DNA of 55,230 nucleotides from a virus: IMG/VR virus record IMGVR_UViG_3300031555_001876; one strand, 5' to 3'. Shown piece by piece: positions 29,007 to 38,500 of this stretch (position 1 is its first letter; each line of letters starts with the position of its first letter). The notes under the pieces were generated by a model. It saw only the letters and a program-made list of their open reading frames with translations, ran no database searches and was not told where the DNA came from. The position numbers and the translations under genes were made by a program.

Positions 29007-30215
29007 ATGATTTATAAAAAGAATGCTTTCCAAGGTCTATTGGAAAAATTCGCTTGCGAAGTAGACAAGAAAAATTATAAAAAGATGCCTTATTCTACTT
29101 GGAAAACAATTAACAAGTGGAATGGCGCAGACATTTGGGTAAATAGCAAGACATATATTCTTGAAGATATTGATTGCCCTTTTAATTACTGCGACTTTGA
29201 AATGGATGATGGCAGTTTTGGTCAGTTTCTTAATGACATATGGAAAGAAAAAAATAATGCGCCTGGTAGGGCAATTAGATATGTTGATACTGCTACTGGT
29301 GAGTTTGTAGATACTGGATTGACTGCGACTGCTTCTACAGAAAGTAATACTGCGATTACTGCTAATAGTATTAATTCTATTAAGGTATCTCCCTTAATGG
29401 TTTATGATAGTTATGATAGCGCTGCTGATTATGCTATTACGAGTGATATTGGTGGAAATTGGGGTACAATTGATATTGATTTCGTCACTAATGACGAATT
29501 TTATAAAACTATTGAAGATATAAAAAACCGTCTTGATACAAAGATGGATATTAATGAAAAGGAGAATAATAATAATATGAAGATGTTTGGTAATTTTGAT
29601 TTTGGTAAGGTTGATGGCAACACTGTCCGTATGTCTATGTACGGTCTGGCTGTGAAGAACAATGTCGGTACTTGGGTGTCCTATAATTCTGCTACCAATG
29701 AAGTCGTTGATGTTGATGTTATGAACTTTGATGGTTCTAACTTTATGTATAAGATGCCTGTTGCTATTGAGCAGGTTAAGGTTGGCGATGTTGTTATCCA
29801 CAACCGCAAGCCCGTGTATGTTACCGGTATTGCTGATGGTAAACTGTCTGCTATCGATGTGATGGCCGGTGAAGAGAAGGTTGTCCTGCTGACTCGCAAT
29901 ATGTTTGGCTTTAATTTCGTTACCAAGGTTGTGTCCCTGATGGATATGACTGGTATGACCAAGCCCTCCGCAGAGAATCCTTTTGGTAATATGTGGATGC
30001 TGGCTCTGATGGGCGACGGCAAGGAATTTGACTTTAAGGATATGTTGATGATGCAGATGCTGTCCGGTCAGGTTCCCGCAAATGGTATGAATCCTATGCT
30101 GATGCTGATGCTGGCAAAGGATGGCGCTGCTGATAATGATATGATGATGGCTCTGGCTATGTCTGGCGCTTTCAATACTAATACTCCTGTTTCTATCCCC
30201 GAGGCTAATCGATAA
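29007..30215 (+). CDS. Hypothetical protein of 402 aa with an unusual Met-rich C-terminal region (MLMMQML...MNPMLMLML...DMMMALAMSG).
   Basis: Long ORF. A terminator ctccctctgatttaaaatcagagggag follows. Confidence 0.55.
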   Translation: MIYKKNAFQGLLEKFACEVDKKNYKKMPYSTWKTINKWNGADIWVNSKTYILEDIDCPFNYCDFEMDDGSFGQFLNDIWKEKNNAPGRAIRYVDTATGEFVDTGLTATASTESNTAITANSINSIKVSPLMVYDSYDSAADYAITSDIGGNWGTIDIDFVTNDEFYKTIEDIKNRLDTKMDINEKENNNNMKMFGNFDFGKVDGNTVRMSMYGLAVKNNVGTWVSYNSATNEVVDVDVMNFDGSNFMYKMPVAIEQVKVGDVVIHNRKPVYVTGIADGKLSAIDVMAGEEKVVLLTRNMFGFNFVTKVVSLMDMTGMTKPSAENPFGNMWMLALMGDGKEFDFKDMLMMQMLSGQVPANGMNPMLMLMLAKDGAADNDMMMALAMSGAFNTNTPVSIPEANR

Positions 30216-30325
30216 AAACCTCCTCCTTTCTTTTCTCCCTCTGATTTAAAATCAGAGGGAGTTTTATTGATTTTTTATAAAAATTATGATATAATATAAA
30301 TATAATAAGAAAGGAAATGATATCG

Positions 30326-30901
30326 ATGTGGATTTTTAAAGTTTTATGGATTATCTTAAAGTGGACTTTAATCCTAGGAGTTCCTATTCTAGGCATTATT
30401 CGAGTATGTATATTCTGTGAAGAATGGAAAGAACACAATAAACCTTGGGGTCAAGAGACATTAAAAAGTACTACAATGACTTTTGAAAATTTTGCAAAAT
30501 TATATCCTATTAGTTCTGAAAGATGGTATTTTAGACCTTATGCAGAAAAAAACTATTCATTTTTAGGTAAAGAAATTGAATGTGTGGGACAGCAACTCTT
30601 TTTTAAAGATAATACTAAAATTCCTCAATGGTCTATTGGATATAAGGCTTTTACACAGATTTATTTTAAGAGTAAATTAGATTTCTTAAAATATCAAAAA
30701 TGGCTTGAACATCGAGCAGCAATGATTAAAACCAATAAAGATATTGAAACTCAAAAAGAAAGCATTGAAAATATGGATGCTATCTTGAAAGTCATTCAAG
30801 GAGATATCGATAAAGTAAAAGAAGAGGCTGATGAAAAAATTGCTCACGGTCTTAAAGAAACTTATCGAATTTATAAAAACTTTAAATGGGAGGAAATATA
30901 A
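30326..30901 (+). CDS. Membrane-anchored protein of about 190 aa.
   Basis: Consensus promoter at 30266-30300. ATG 30326 follows AAAGGAAATG. The N-terminus has a transmembrane helix. Confidence 0.5.
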   Translation: MWIFKVLWIILKWTLILGVPILGIIRVCIFCEEWKEHNKPWGQETLKSTTMTFENFAKLYPISSERWYFRPYAEKNYSFLGKEIECVGQQLFFKDNTKIPQWSIGYKAFTQIYFKSKLDFLKYQKWLEHRAAMIKTNKDIETQKESIENMDAILKVIQGDIDKVKEEADEKIAHGLKETYRIYKNFKWEEI

Positions 30902-31195
30902 ATGCCGGCTCGTAGAAGTAGTAATAAATATACACTTGAGCAGAATGTTAATTTTGGTATGCGCGTCCTCGATGTGCTTGCCGAAGCACCAGAAGCACTA
31001 GAAATCAGGCAGATTCAGGCAAGCGATATGGTTCTTAATACTTTGACTTCTCAAAAGATTGCGCGAGTCCTATCTGAATTGAGTGATATGGGTATGGTTC
31101 TTAAAAGTAAGAATGCCCGAACCGGTAAGATGAACTATAAAGCGCGTGGAGTGTGCGAAGCGCAAGGTTATGATGTAGAAAAGATGGTGTATTAA
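30902..31195 (+). CDS. Putative winged-helix DNA-binding protein of 97 aa.
   Basis: The ORF overlaps the previous stop. Secondary-structure-like pattern VLDVL...IARVLSELSDMGMV. The call is weak. Confidence 0.35.
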   Translation: MPARRSSNKYTLEQNVNFGMRVLDVLAEAPEALEIRQIQASDMVLNTLTSQKIARVLSELSDMGMVLKSKNARTGKMNYKARGVCEAQGYDVEKMVY

Positions 31196-31260
31196 ATGCG
31201 GCGATTCTTTTTCTGTTGGAAGATTGCACCTATTTTGTTATTTAGATAAGGAGAATAAAA

Positions 31261-31533
31261 ATGCGTAAGATTATTTGTATGCTGTTGGCAGTTATTATGA
31301 TTATGTGCTTTACTGCTTGCGGCAATGAATCTTGGGGTATGGGTAATTATGAATGGCATCATATTCATTTTACTGATATGGTTGAGGGTCATTGCGCAAC
31401 TATTTCCAAATGGCACGATAATGAAACTGGTATTGAAGTAGAAACTGTAGAGAATGGGTCTATGTTTTTGAGTGAAGGGTCTTATATTATGTTTGACTCG
31501 GCTTCTAGTTGCCCTTACTGTGAAAATGAGTAA
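31261..31533 (+). CDS. Putative lipoprotein of 90 aa.
   Basis: Signal peptide MRKIICMLLAVIMIMCFTAC with a lipobox-like FTAC. Confidence 0.5.
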   Translation: MRKIICMLLAVIMIMCFTACGNESWGMGNYEWHHIHFTDMVEGHCATISKWHDNETGIEVETVENGSMFLSEGSYIMFDSASSCPYCENE

Positions 31534-31612
31534 AAAAATCAAGAGGGAAAAATTCCCTCTTGATTTTTTTATAAAAATATGATATAATATATATAGAAAG
31601 TGAGGGAAATAT

Positions 31613-31888
31613 ATGAATTACCTGTCTATGGAAACTGCTAATGTTATTAATTTTCGTTCTTTGGCAAGAGAATTGGATATGCCGTTCAGAGAACTGTTTG
31701 CGGCTATGTTCCCCGAGAGAAAATACGAATGGTATGAATATGATACTTTCATTCGTGTTAGTTGGTTTTCTCGTTGCAATGATACTGGTTACGGAGAAGA
31801 AACCAATAATTTTTGGAGAACCAAAGTAATTAGCACTCTTGAAAATTCGGGCTATAAACTGACTAATTTTATTTATTTCGTATTTTAA
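31613..31888 (+). CDS. Hypothetical protein of 91 aa.
   Basis: Consensus promoter at 31563-31595 and ribosome binding site GTGAGGGAAATATATG. Confidence 0.45.
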   Translation: MNYLSMETANVINFRSLARELDMPFRELFAAMFPERKYEWYEYDTFIRVSWFSRCNDTGYGEETNNFWRTKVISTLENSGYKLTNFIYFVF

Positions 31889-31904
31889 GAAAGGAATTGA
31901 TACT

Positions 31905-32144
31905 ATGTATAAGCCTTGGGTTAATGCCGAAGAATATCTAAAAGCAGAAGAGCAGAAGAGATTTAAAGAAGAAGAAATTAATCATCGTGATTATCTCATT
32001 CAAGAAATTATTACCGCTATGAATACTTTGCGAAAGAATTATCCAGAAGTTGAAATGAGGATCTATTTTTCTTCTAATCAAACTATGGAAGATATCTGTG
32101 GAACATTTATTGATGGATTAGATTGTTCTTTTTCGTTTGAATAA
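31905..32144 (+). CDS. Hypothetical protein of 79 aa.
   Basis: Ribosome binding site AAAGGAATTGATACTATG. Confidence 0.45.
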   Translation: MYKPWVNAEEYLKAEEQKRFKEEEINHRDYLIQEIITAMNTLRKNYPEVEMRIYFSSNQTMEDICGTFIDGLDCSFSFE

Positions 32145-32159
32145 TAAGGAGGAAATGAA

Positions 32160-32420
32160 ATGACTAAAGATATTAAGCAGAAAGCAATTGTTGGTATTTA
32201 TTCTACCTATGGCTCTATGTCTGCAGAGCAGGCAAGTTGTTTCATTAAGCGCAAGATGGATTTGACTATTAGCGCAGCCTCCGTATCCGGTGTAATGCGT
32301 GCTCTGTATGCTAAGGGGTTTGCGGGTTCCAGTAGAAATGAAAAGAATAAGACCATTTATTGGTTGACTGTCCCCGCTTGGGAAATTGAAAAGGATGGTG
32401 AAAAAGATGGTGGCAAGTGA
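32160..32420 (+). CDS. Hypothetical protein of 86 aa.
   Basis: Ribosome binding site AAGGAGGAAATG. Confidence 0.5.
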   Translation: MTKDIKQKAIVGIYSTYGSMSAEQASCFIKRKMDLTISAASVSGVMRALYAKGFAGSSRNEKNKTIYWLTVPAWEIEKDGEKDGGK

Positions 32421-33228
32421 AATGGCTCGCACTCGTGAAAGAGTGGAAGACCATTATGAAGAAGCATTAGAGAAGTTCCAAAAGAATAACATTGTCGGCA
32501 TCTTTCTTCAAGGTAGTCAGAACTATGGACTAGAATTACCGGAAAGTGATATTGATACTAAATTGATTATCACCCCTTCCTTTAAAGAGATTGCGCTGAA
32601 CCATAAGCCTATCTCTACTACTCATATCCGCGCAAATCAAGAGCATATCGATTTTAAAGATATTCGTTTATATATGGAAACTTTTCGCAAGCAAAACTTG
32701 AATTTTCTTGAAATTCTTTTCACCGATTTCCTTCTAGTAAACGATATGTATGTTGAACAATGGAAGCGTTTGATTAAAGCACGTGAAACAATCGCACATA
32801 TGAATCCAGTGCGCGCTGTCAGAAGTATGCGAGGAATTGCTGAACAAAAATATTATGCAATGGAACATCCTTACCCTAGTAAAATGCATCTTATTGAGAA
32901 ATATGGGATGGACGGAAAACAGGTAAGTCATTTAATTCGTGTAGATGATTTTCTAACTCGTTATATTCGTGGAGAAGAGAGTTATCAAGAATGTTTACAT
33001 CCTTCTTTTGATAAAGTAGATGAAATTCTTGCTTATAAAAAACAAGAAATTCCTCTTGAAATCGCTAGGATTAGAGCAAAAGAAGTTTTAAACCATACTA
33101 TTCAAATTGCTACAAGTTTTTGTGATAAGTATAAAGAAGTTGAAGATCCTAAAATGCGTGATTTGCTTGAAGATGTTTCTTATAATATTATGAAAACATC
33201 TGTTATTTATGAAGTAAAAAATAGGTAA
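32407..33228 (+). CDS. Nucleotidyltransferase-fold protein of the Pol-beta superfamily. The GS...DxD motif is KNTase / MNT / CD-NTase-like.
   Basis: Motif GIFLQGSQNYGLELPESDIDTKLII (GS-x9-SDID) followed by a helical C-terminal domain. Confidence 0.5.
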   Translation: MVASEMARTRERVEDHYEEALEKFQKNNIVGIFLQGSQNYGLELPESDIDTKLIITPSFKEIALNHKPISTTHIRANQEHIDFKDIRLYMETFRKQNLNFLEILFTDFLLVNDMYVEQWKRLIKARETIAHMNPVRAVRSMRGIAEQKYYAMEHPYPSKMHLIEKYGMDGKQVSHLIRVDDFLTRYIRGEESYQECLHPSFDKVDEILAYKKQEIPLEIARIRAKEVLNHTIQIATSFCDKYKEVEDPKMRDLLEDVSYNIMKTSVIYEVKNR

Positions 33229-33296
33229 TTTGTTGGTCAATGATAAGCAATCTTCTCATTTTATTTTTGATAAAAATAAAAAGGAGAAGATTGCTT

Positions 33297-33959
33297 ATGG
33301 GTTTTATTTATAAAATAAAAAATAATATAAATAATAAATTATATATTGGAAAAACAGAACGCTCTATCGAAGAAAGATGGAATGAACATTGTCGTCACGC
33401 TTCTTTATATCCAAACATTCCTTTATATAGAGCAATGTTAAAATATGGAAAAAATAATTTTTCAATTATTTTGCTTGAAGAATGTGATAATTAGATAATT
33501 GATGAAAGAGAAATCTATTGGATAAACTATTATAATACATATATGGGTGATGGATATAATTGCACTGGTGGAGGCGAAGGTGGAATTAAACCAATTTCTT
33601 AGGATGAAATTGAGATAATTGCCAAAAGATATTTAAATGGAGAGCGATTAGATCTTTTATGTAAAGAATTTCATCATCGTTATCCAAAAGTTAGAGAAGC
33701 ATTAATTTAGTATGGAGTTGAAATAAAAACATTCGCGGGGCCAGAATCTCAAAGAAAAAAAATTGTAGCAATCAATCCCCAAACAAATAAAATCGAATTT
33801 ATTTTTAATTCAGTAACAGAAGCAGGAGAAGTTTTACATAAACCAGGAACAAAACCTTCAAATACTTCTAAAAATATAGGAAGCGTTTTAGGTAAAAATA
33901 ATATTAGATATGGATATAGATGGAGATTATATCAAGAAGGCGATATTATAGGAGATTAA
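33297..33959 (+). CDS. GIY-YIG homing endonuclease that uses recoded TAG.
   Basis: Motif GFIYKIKNNINNKLYIGKT...ERWNEH. ATG 33297 follows AAAAGGAGAAG. Three in-frame TAGs (33492, about 33597, about 33705) are needed to reach TAA at 33957-33959. The C-terminal segment KPGTKPSNTSKNIGS is DNA-binding-like. Confidence 0.65.
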
Positions 33960-33960
33960 T

Positions 33961-34167
33961 ATGATTGTTTATTTTGAAAATAGCCTAGGAGTTAGGCGCC
34001 AAATCGGGAATGCCGATTCCAGTAGCGAAGTTATGCGCATTATTCATAATTTTCTCGAAGAGCGCACTTACAAAAGTTATTATACTCGCTCTTGGGTTGA
34101 AAATAATGAAACTATTTATGATGTAGGAAGTCATAGTGAATTTTTTATTGTTGATGGTCTTATTTAA
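33961..34167 (+). CDS. Hypothetical protein of 68 aa.
   Basis: ATG overlaps the previous stop. Confidence 0.35.
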   Translation: MIVYFENSLGVRRQIGNADSSSEVMRIIHNFLEERTYKSYYTRSWVENNETIYDVGSHSEFFIVDGLI

Positions 34168-34262
34168 ATAACCCATCTATAAAGATTTTTAAAAATAAAG
34201 AATGGATTGACTTTCATAAAAATATATGTTATAATATAAAAAAATATAAAGGAGAATGTAAA

Positions 34263-35135
34263 ATGATTAAGTTACTTTCTTATTAGGGTGAGCCTACCTT
34301 AATTGAAGTTAATCGTTATCCTAATAATGAAGCCTATTTCAAAATGCCTGCTGACCACGAAGAAAAAGAATATTATGGTATTGAATGGCATTATGAAAGT
34401 GATAGCGAAATGTTCATTATTATGTGCCTGATTGGGGAATTACCCAGTTTGAAGCATATGCTGTATATGCCTTATTTACCTAATTCAAGAACTGACGCAA
34501 AGAAATATGAAGATGATGTTGATACTTTAAGATGGTTCTGCAAGTGGGTTAATAGCCTTGGTTTTGAAAATGTAAAAATGATTGATACTCATAGTGTAGT
34601 AGGCGCTTCTTTAATTGACAATAGTTATGCTGTTGCCAATGAAGCATATGCTGTTATGGCTATTGATGAAATTGTTTTAAGTTTAATTGGAAACGCTTCT
34701 ATGGATGAGGCTCCTGAATGGGCATTAGAAAATATCGTTCTTTTCTATCCTAATTATAGTGCTTATAAGAGATATGGCGAGAGTTTAAATCTGCGCGATT
34801 TTAAACATACTTATGGATACACAAAGAGAAATTGGGAAACTGGCGCATTGTCTAATTTGATGATTGCCGACCCCGAATTAATTGATGGCAAAATGGTTGT
34901 TATCATTGATGATATTTGCTCTTATGGTGGCACTTTTATTACAAGTGCTGATAGTCTTATCGCCGCAGGTGCTAAAAATGTATATTTATATGTTTCTCAC
35001 TGCGAAGATACTATTTGGGAAGGCAAACTCCCTACAAGTGGTTTAATTGACCATATGTATACTACTAATTCTCTAATTAAAGAAAATCAAAAGGAAGATT
35101 GGTTGACAATTTTGGAAGCCAATGTTAACGATTAA
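34263..35135 (+). CDS. Prs-like (PRPP synthetase family) phosphoribosyltransferase-fold protein. It is a paralogue of the gene at 35782..36621.
   Basis: Motif MPYLPNSRTD matches the Prs flag region, and VVIIDDICSYGGTF is a type I PRTase motif. ATG 34263 follows AAGGAG. An in-frame TAG at 34284-34286 gives an N-terminal extension that aligns with its paralogue, so TAG is read as a sense codon here. Confidence 0.6.
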
Positions 35136-35140
35136 AAAAT

Positions 35141-35169
35141 AAAGGGTGCTGGCAACAGCACCCTTTTTT
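35141..35169 (+). terminator. Rho-independent terminator.
   Basis: Hairpin aaagggtgctggcaacagcaccctttttt. Confidence 0.65.
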
Positions 35170-35196
35170 GATTTTTATAAAAAAATATATTATAAT
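35168..35196 (+). promoter_or_regulatory. One copy of the repeated consensus promoter TTGATTTTTATAAAAAAATATATTATAATATATAT.
   Basis: ttgatt at 35168-35173 and tataat at 35191-35196 with 17-nt spacing. More than 25 near-identical copies occur in the window, for example near 23020, 25515, 26445, 27493, 28300, 30265, 31562, 34205, 36650, 38330, 38515, 38700, 39375, 40230, 43125, 43345, 43440, 44862, 49750 and 49845. Confidence 0.7.
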
Positions 35197-35228
35197 ATAT
35201 ATATAAAATATGAAAGGAAATGATTTAT

Positions 35229-35801
35229 ATGAAGTTTCTTGTAATTGTTGATGTACAGCACGATTTTGTTGATGGTTCTCTCGGCAGTGATGAAGCATTT
35301 GATGCTTATATGCGCATTCGTGACTATCTGCAGAATGTAGACGAAAATTATCGTGTACTGTTTACGCAGGATACTCATAATGCAAATTACCTGGATACTT
35401 TTGAGGGCAAGCGTTTGCCGGTAAAGCATTGCATTAAGGGTGAGCACGGTTGGAAGATTATGAGCGACTTGCGCGCTGAATTCGATAACGCACCTTATGT
35501 AATTCATAAGGATACTTTTGGTTCTTTTAAGTTGCCCATTGAAATGCAGGAAATTCTGAATTTCAATGAAGAAGTAGATGAAATTGAAATTTGCGGTCTT
35601 TGTACTGATATTTGCGTTATCTCTAATGCACTGATTCTACGCGCCGCATTCCCTAGCGCAAAGATTACCTGCTTTGCCAATCTTTGCGCTGGCACTACCC
35701 CGATTAATCACGTGAACGCATTGGAAGTTATGAAGTCTTGTCAGATTGATGTAGCATACATCGCAAAGGTTGGTGAATATAATGATTCGTCTAATCAGTA
35801 A
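35229..35801 (+). CDS. pncA: Nicotinamidase / isochorismatase-family hydrolase (PncA-like).
   Basis: N-terminal motif LVIVDVQHDF, catalytic Cys motif GLCTDICV, and a conserved Lys region. Confidence 0.65.
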   Translation: MKFLVIVDVQHDFVDGSLGSDEAFDAYMRIRDYLQNVDENYRVLFTQDTHNANYLDTFEGKRLPVKHCIKGEHGWKIMSDLRAEFDNAPYVIHKDTFGSFKLPIEMQEILNFNEEVDEIEICGLCTDICVISNALILRAAFPSAKITCFANLCAGTTPINHVNALEVMKSCQIDVAYIAKVGEYNDSSNQ

Positions 35802-36621
35802 TAATTTTCAAGATACTTATACTGTAGATATTGATAAATTTTCTGCAGGTGAAACAAAATTTCTTCTTCCTTATGATGGGAAATATTATAACGGCATTCA
35901 TTGGCATTATGAAAATGATGGTGAAATGTTTGCCATTATGTGTTTGGTAAATGAAATGCCTGCGCTAAAAGAATATTTGTTTATGCCTTATTTCCCGCAC
36001 GCAAGAATGGATAGGACTAAAAATAAAAATGATGTATTTACATTAAAGTGGTTCTGTAAGTGGCTGAATAGTTTGAATTTTAATCTTATTGAAGTGTGGG
36101 ACCCGCACAGCGATGTATGCGTTGCACTTTTGGATAATGTACACATAAATCCTATTGACCGTAAAATTACAAAGGCTATTAGATATATTAGTGCAGATGC
36201 GGAAGATAAAAATGATTATATTGATAATGAATTTGCGCTCTTTTATCCTGACCAAGGTGCTGCAAAGCGTTACAGCGGCAATGGTAAAGTAGGTAATTAT
36301 TTTTATAGTTGTACTTATGGAAATAAGACAAGAGAGTGGGGCACCAATCAAATCACTGGCTTAACTATTGCTAACCCAGAAGTAGTTAAGAATAAGGATG
36401 TCTTGATTGTAGACGACATTTGCTCTTACGGTGGTACCTTCTACAGAGCAGCGACCGCACTTAAAGAAGCAGGCGCGCGCAAAGTATATCTCTATATTAC
36501 TCATTGCGAAAACGCAATTTGGAAAGGCAAGTTGCCTGATAGTGGTTTAATTGAAAAAGTTTTTACAACTAATTCTATTTACCATTACCTTGGTGAAAGT
36601 AATTGGCTTGTTGAGGTCTAA
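35782..36621 (+). CDS. Prs-like PRTase-fold protein. It is a paralogue of the gene at 34263..35135.
   Basis: Motifs MPYFPHARMD and LIVDDICSYGGTF. ATG 35782 follows AAGGTTGG. Confidence 0.6.
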   Translation: MIRLISNNFQDTYTVDIDKFSAGETKFLLPYDGKYYNGIHWHYENDGEMFAIMCLVNEMPALKEYLFMPYFPHARMDRTKNKNDVFTLKWFCKWLNSLNFNLIEVWDPHSDVCVALLDNVHINPIDRKITKAIRYISADAEDKNDYIDNEFALFYPDQGAAKRYSGNGKVGNYFYSCTYGNKTREWGTNQITGLTIANPEVVKNKDVLIVDDICSYGGTFYRAATALKEAGARKVYLYITHCENAIWKGKLPDSGLIEKVFTTNSIYHYLGESNWLVEV

Positions 36622-36712
36622 ATATTAAGGGTGTTAGCAATAACACCCTTTTTTGATTTTTTATAAAAATTATGATATAATATTTATAGAAAATGAAAGG
36701 TGATGATATTAA

Positions 36713-38334
36713 TGAGCATTACTCCTTTTAGTGTTTTGCCCGAAGAGCATCAGAAGCAGTTTCGTAATGCAGTAAAAGAGTGGGTTTATGATTATTCTGA
36801 TGATGAGCCTAGTGAAGTAATGGCTCCTATGGATAAAATCTTTGCTCCTTGGAATGAAGCGAAGAACGAGTATCTTTTTAAAATGTTTGGTAATGAACTT
36901 ATGATTACCAAGCCTATCTGTTACAAAAAGGCAGAAAAAGATATTGTTGTAGAAATTAGAGAAAAAATTTTCAATACTAACCTTGAATTTATTCGTGAGA
37001 TTAGAGAAAAGGTTATTTATGCTTATGATTATAGAGACCCTATGTGGGATGGTGTTGATGGTAGATGGCATCTTGATTACCTGTTGGATTTATACGGCTT
37101 GATGAAAAACGCTTATCTTGAAAGCAGTTTTTCTTTGCCGTCTCCTAAAGGCGGAAAGCCCATTAAGGTAACTACCGGATGTAAACTCATTCGTCTTTTG
37201 GGTAAAATTGCTAAAGAATATGACCTTAAAGGATTTGAAGAATTTAGATTGATTCATTCTATGATTCTTAATGACAAAGAAATTAAGGGTGATTTGGTAA
37301 TTTCTATCCATCCTAATGACTATGCAACTATGTCTGATAATAATTATGACTGGGATAGTTGTATGAGTTGGTGGAATGATGGTGGATATATTCAGGGTAC
37401 TGTAGAGATGATGAATTCTCCTATGGTAGTTGTCGCTTATATTGATAACTTTAATAAGCCTATTCAGTTTGGCGGTGGAGAATGGAGTAATAAAAAGTGG
37501 CGTGAACTTTTTATTGTAAATGAAAATGTTATTTCTGAAATTTGCGCTTATCCCTATCCAAATGAGTCAATTACTAATATCGTATTGTGTGAATTGCGTG
37601 AACTTGCAGTAAAGAACCTTGGATGGGAACAATTTGCCCATAGCCATATTGTTACTGGTGAAGCAACTGGAAATCATTTCATTTATTTTGATAAGTTTAA
37701 TTTCTGTTTTGAATGCGGTCATATGTATAATGATTTCAGATATCAGCATAATATGATTATTAGTAATGACATTAAAAGCGGCAGTTTTGATATTTACTAC
37801 TCTGGTAAAAGTGAATGCCTTTGGTGCGGTGCCACCTATGAAGGTCAAGCAAGATATGAAAACTTTGAACACGAAGGCACTTTGATTGCTGAATGCTGCG
37901 ATAGCACTTGGACTTGTCCTTGTTGTGGCGAACGTTCTACTGGAGAGCGATTCCATACTGAAGACGGCGATGTATGTGAAGATTGTTGGGAAAATAATGT
38001 AAGTGAATGTGATGAGTGCGGCGATTTCTTTATGGTAGATAATGTTGATACCTACTATATTGGCAATGAAGATGAAGGCTGGATTGATATGGGATATTCA
38101 GTTAATCTTTGTTATAATTGCAGAGATAGTGAACTTAATCTTATGGTTAATGTTGATACTTATCCTGTTCTTAATATGCTGTCTGGTTATCAGTATAGAA
38201 AATATATTGATATTAGATATCTAACCGAGTATGGTATTAACAAGTTCTTTAAGGGAGAATACACTTCTGACAATATAGAAGAATATGAGCCTCTTGTTCA
38301 AAGATATAGTATGGATAAAAGATTTTATGGTTGA
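36713..38334 (+). CDS. Large hypothetical protein of about 540 aa with a C-terminal cluster of at least 5 zinc ribbons. It is a paralogue of the gene at 41292..42746.
   Basis: The core shared with the 41292 product is HP(N/L)D(Y/F)...S(D/E)N.Y.W.SC. Both proteins have a C-terminal run of CxxC...CxxC ribbons. Confidence 0.55.
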
Positions 38335-38397
38335 TTTTTTATAAAAAATATTATATAATATATATGTAAGATAAAGAAAGACACTAGCAGCAATTAT

Positions 38398-38500
38398 AAA
38401 CTTGCCTGTCTAGCCGGGGGTCGCAGGTTCGAGTCCTGCCTGGGTCGCCAATATGGCCCAGTAACTCAGTTGGTAGAGTGACGTTATAATCGTGTCTTGT
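38398..38500 (+). ncRNA. tRNA-like fragments. A 3' half (T-arm plus acceptor plus CCA) at 38398-38455 is followed, after a 4-nt gap, by a 5' half (acceptor, D-arm and an anticodon arm with a UAA-like loop) at 38460-38500. The acceptor strands of the two halves are complementary.
   Basis: gcaggttcgagtcctgc-ctgggtcg-cca, then atat, then ggcccagta-actcagttggtagagt-gacgttataatcgtgtc. Both pieces are flanked by identical promoter repeats. Confidence 0.35.
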
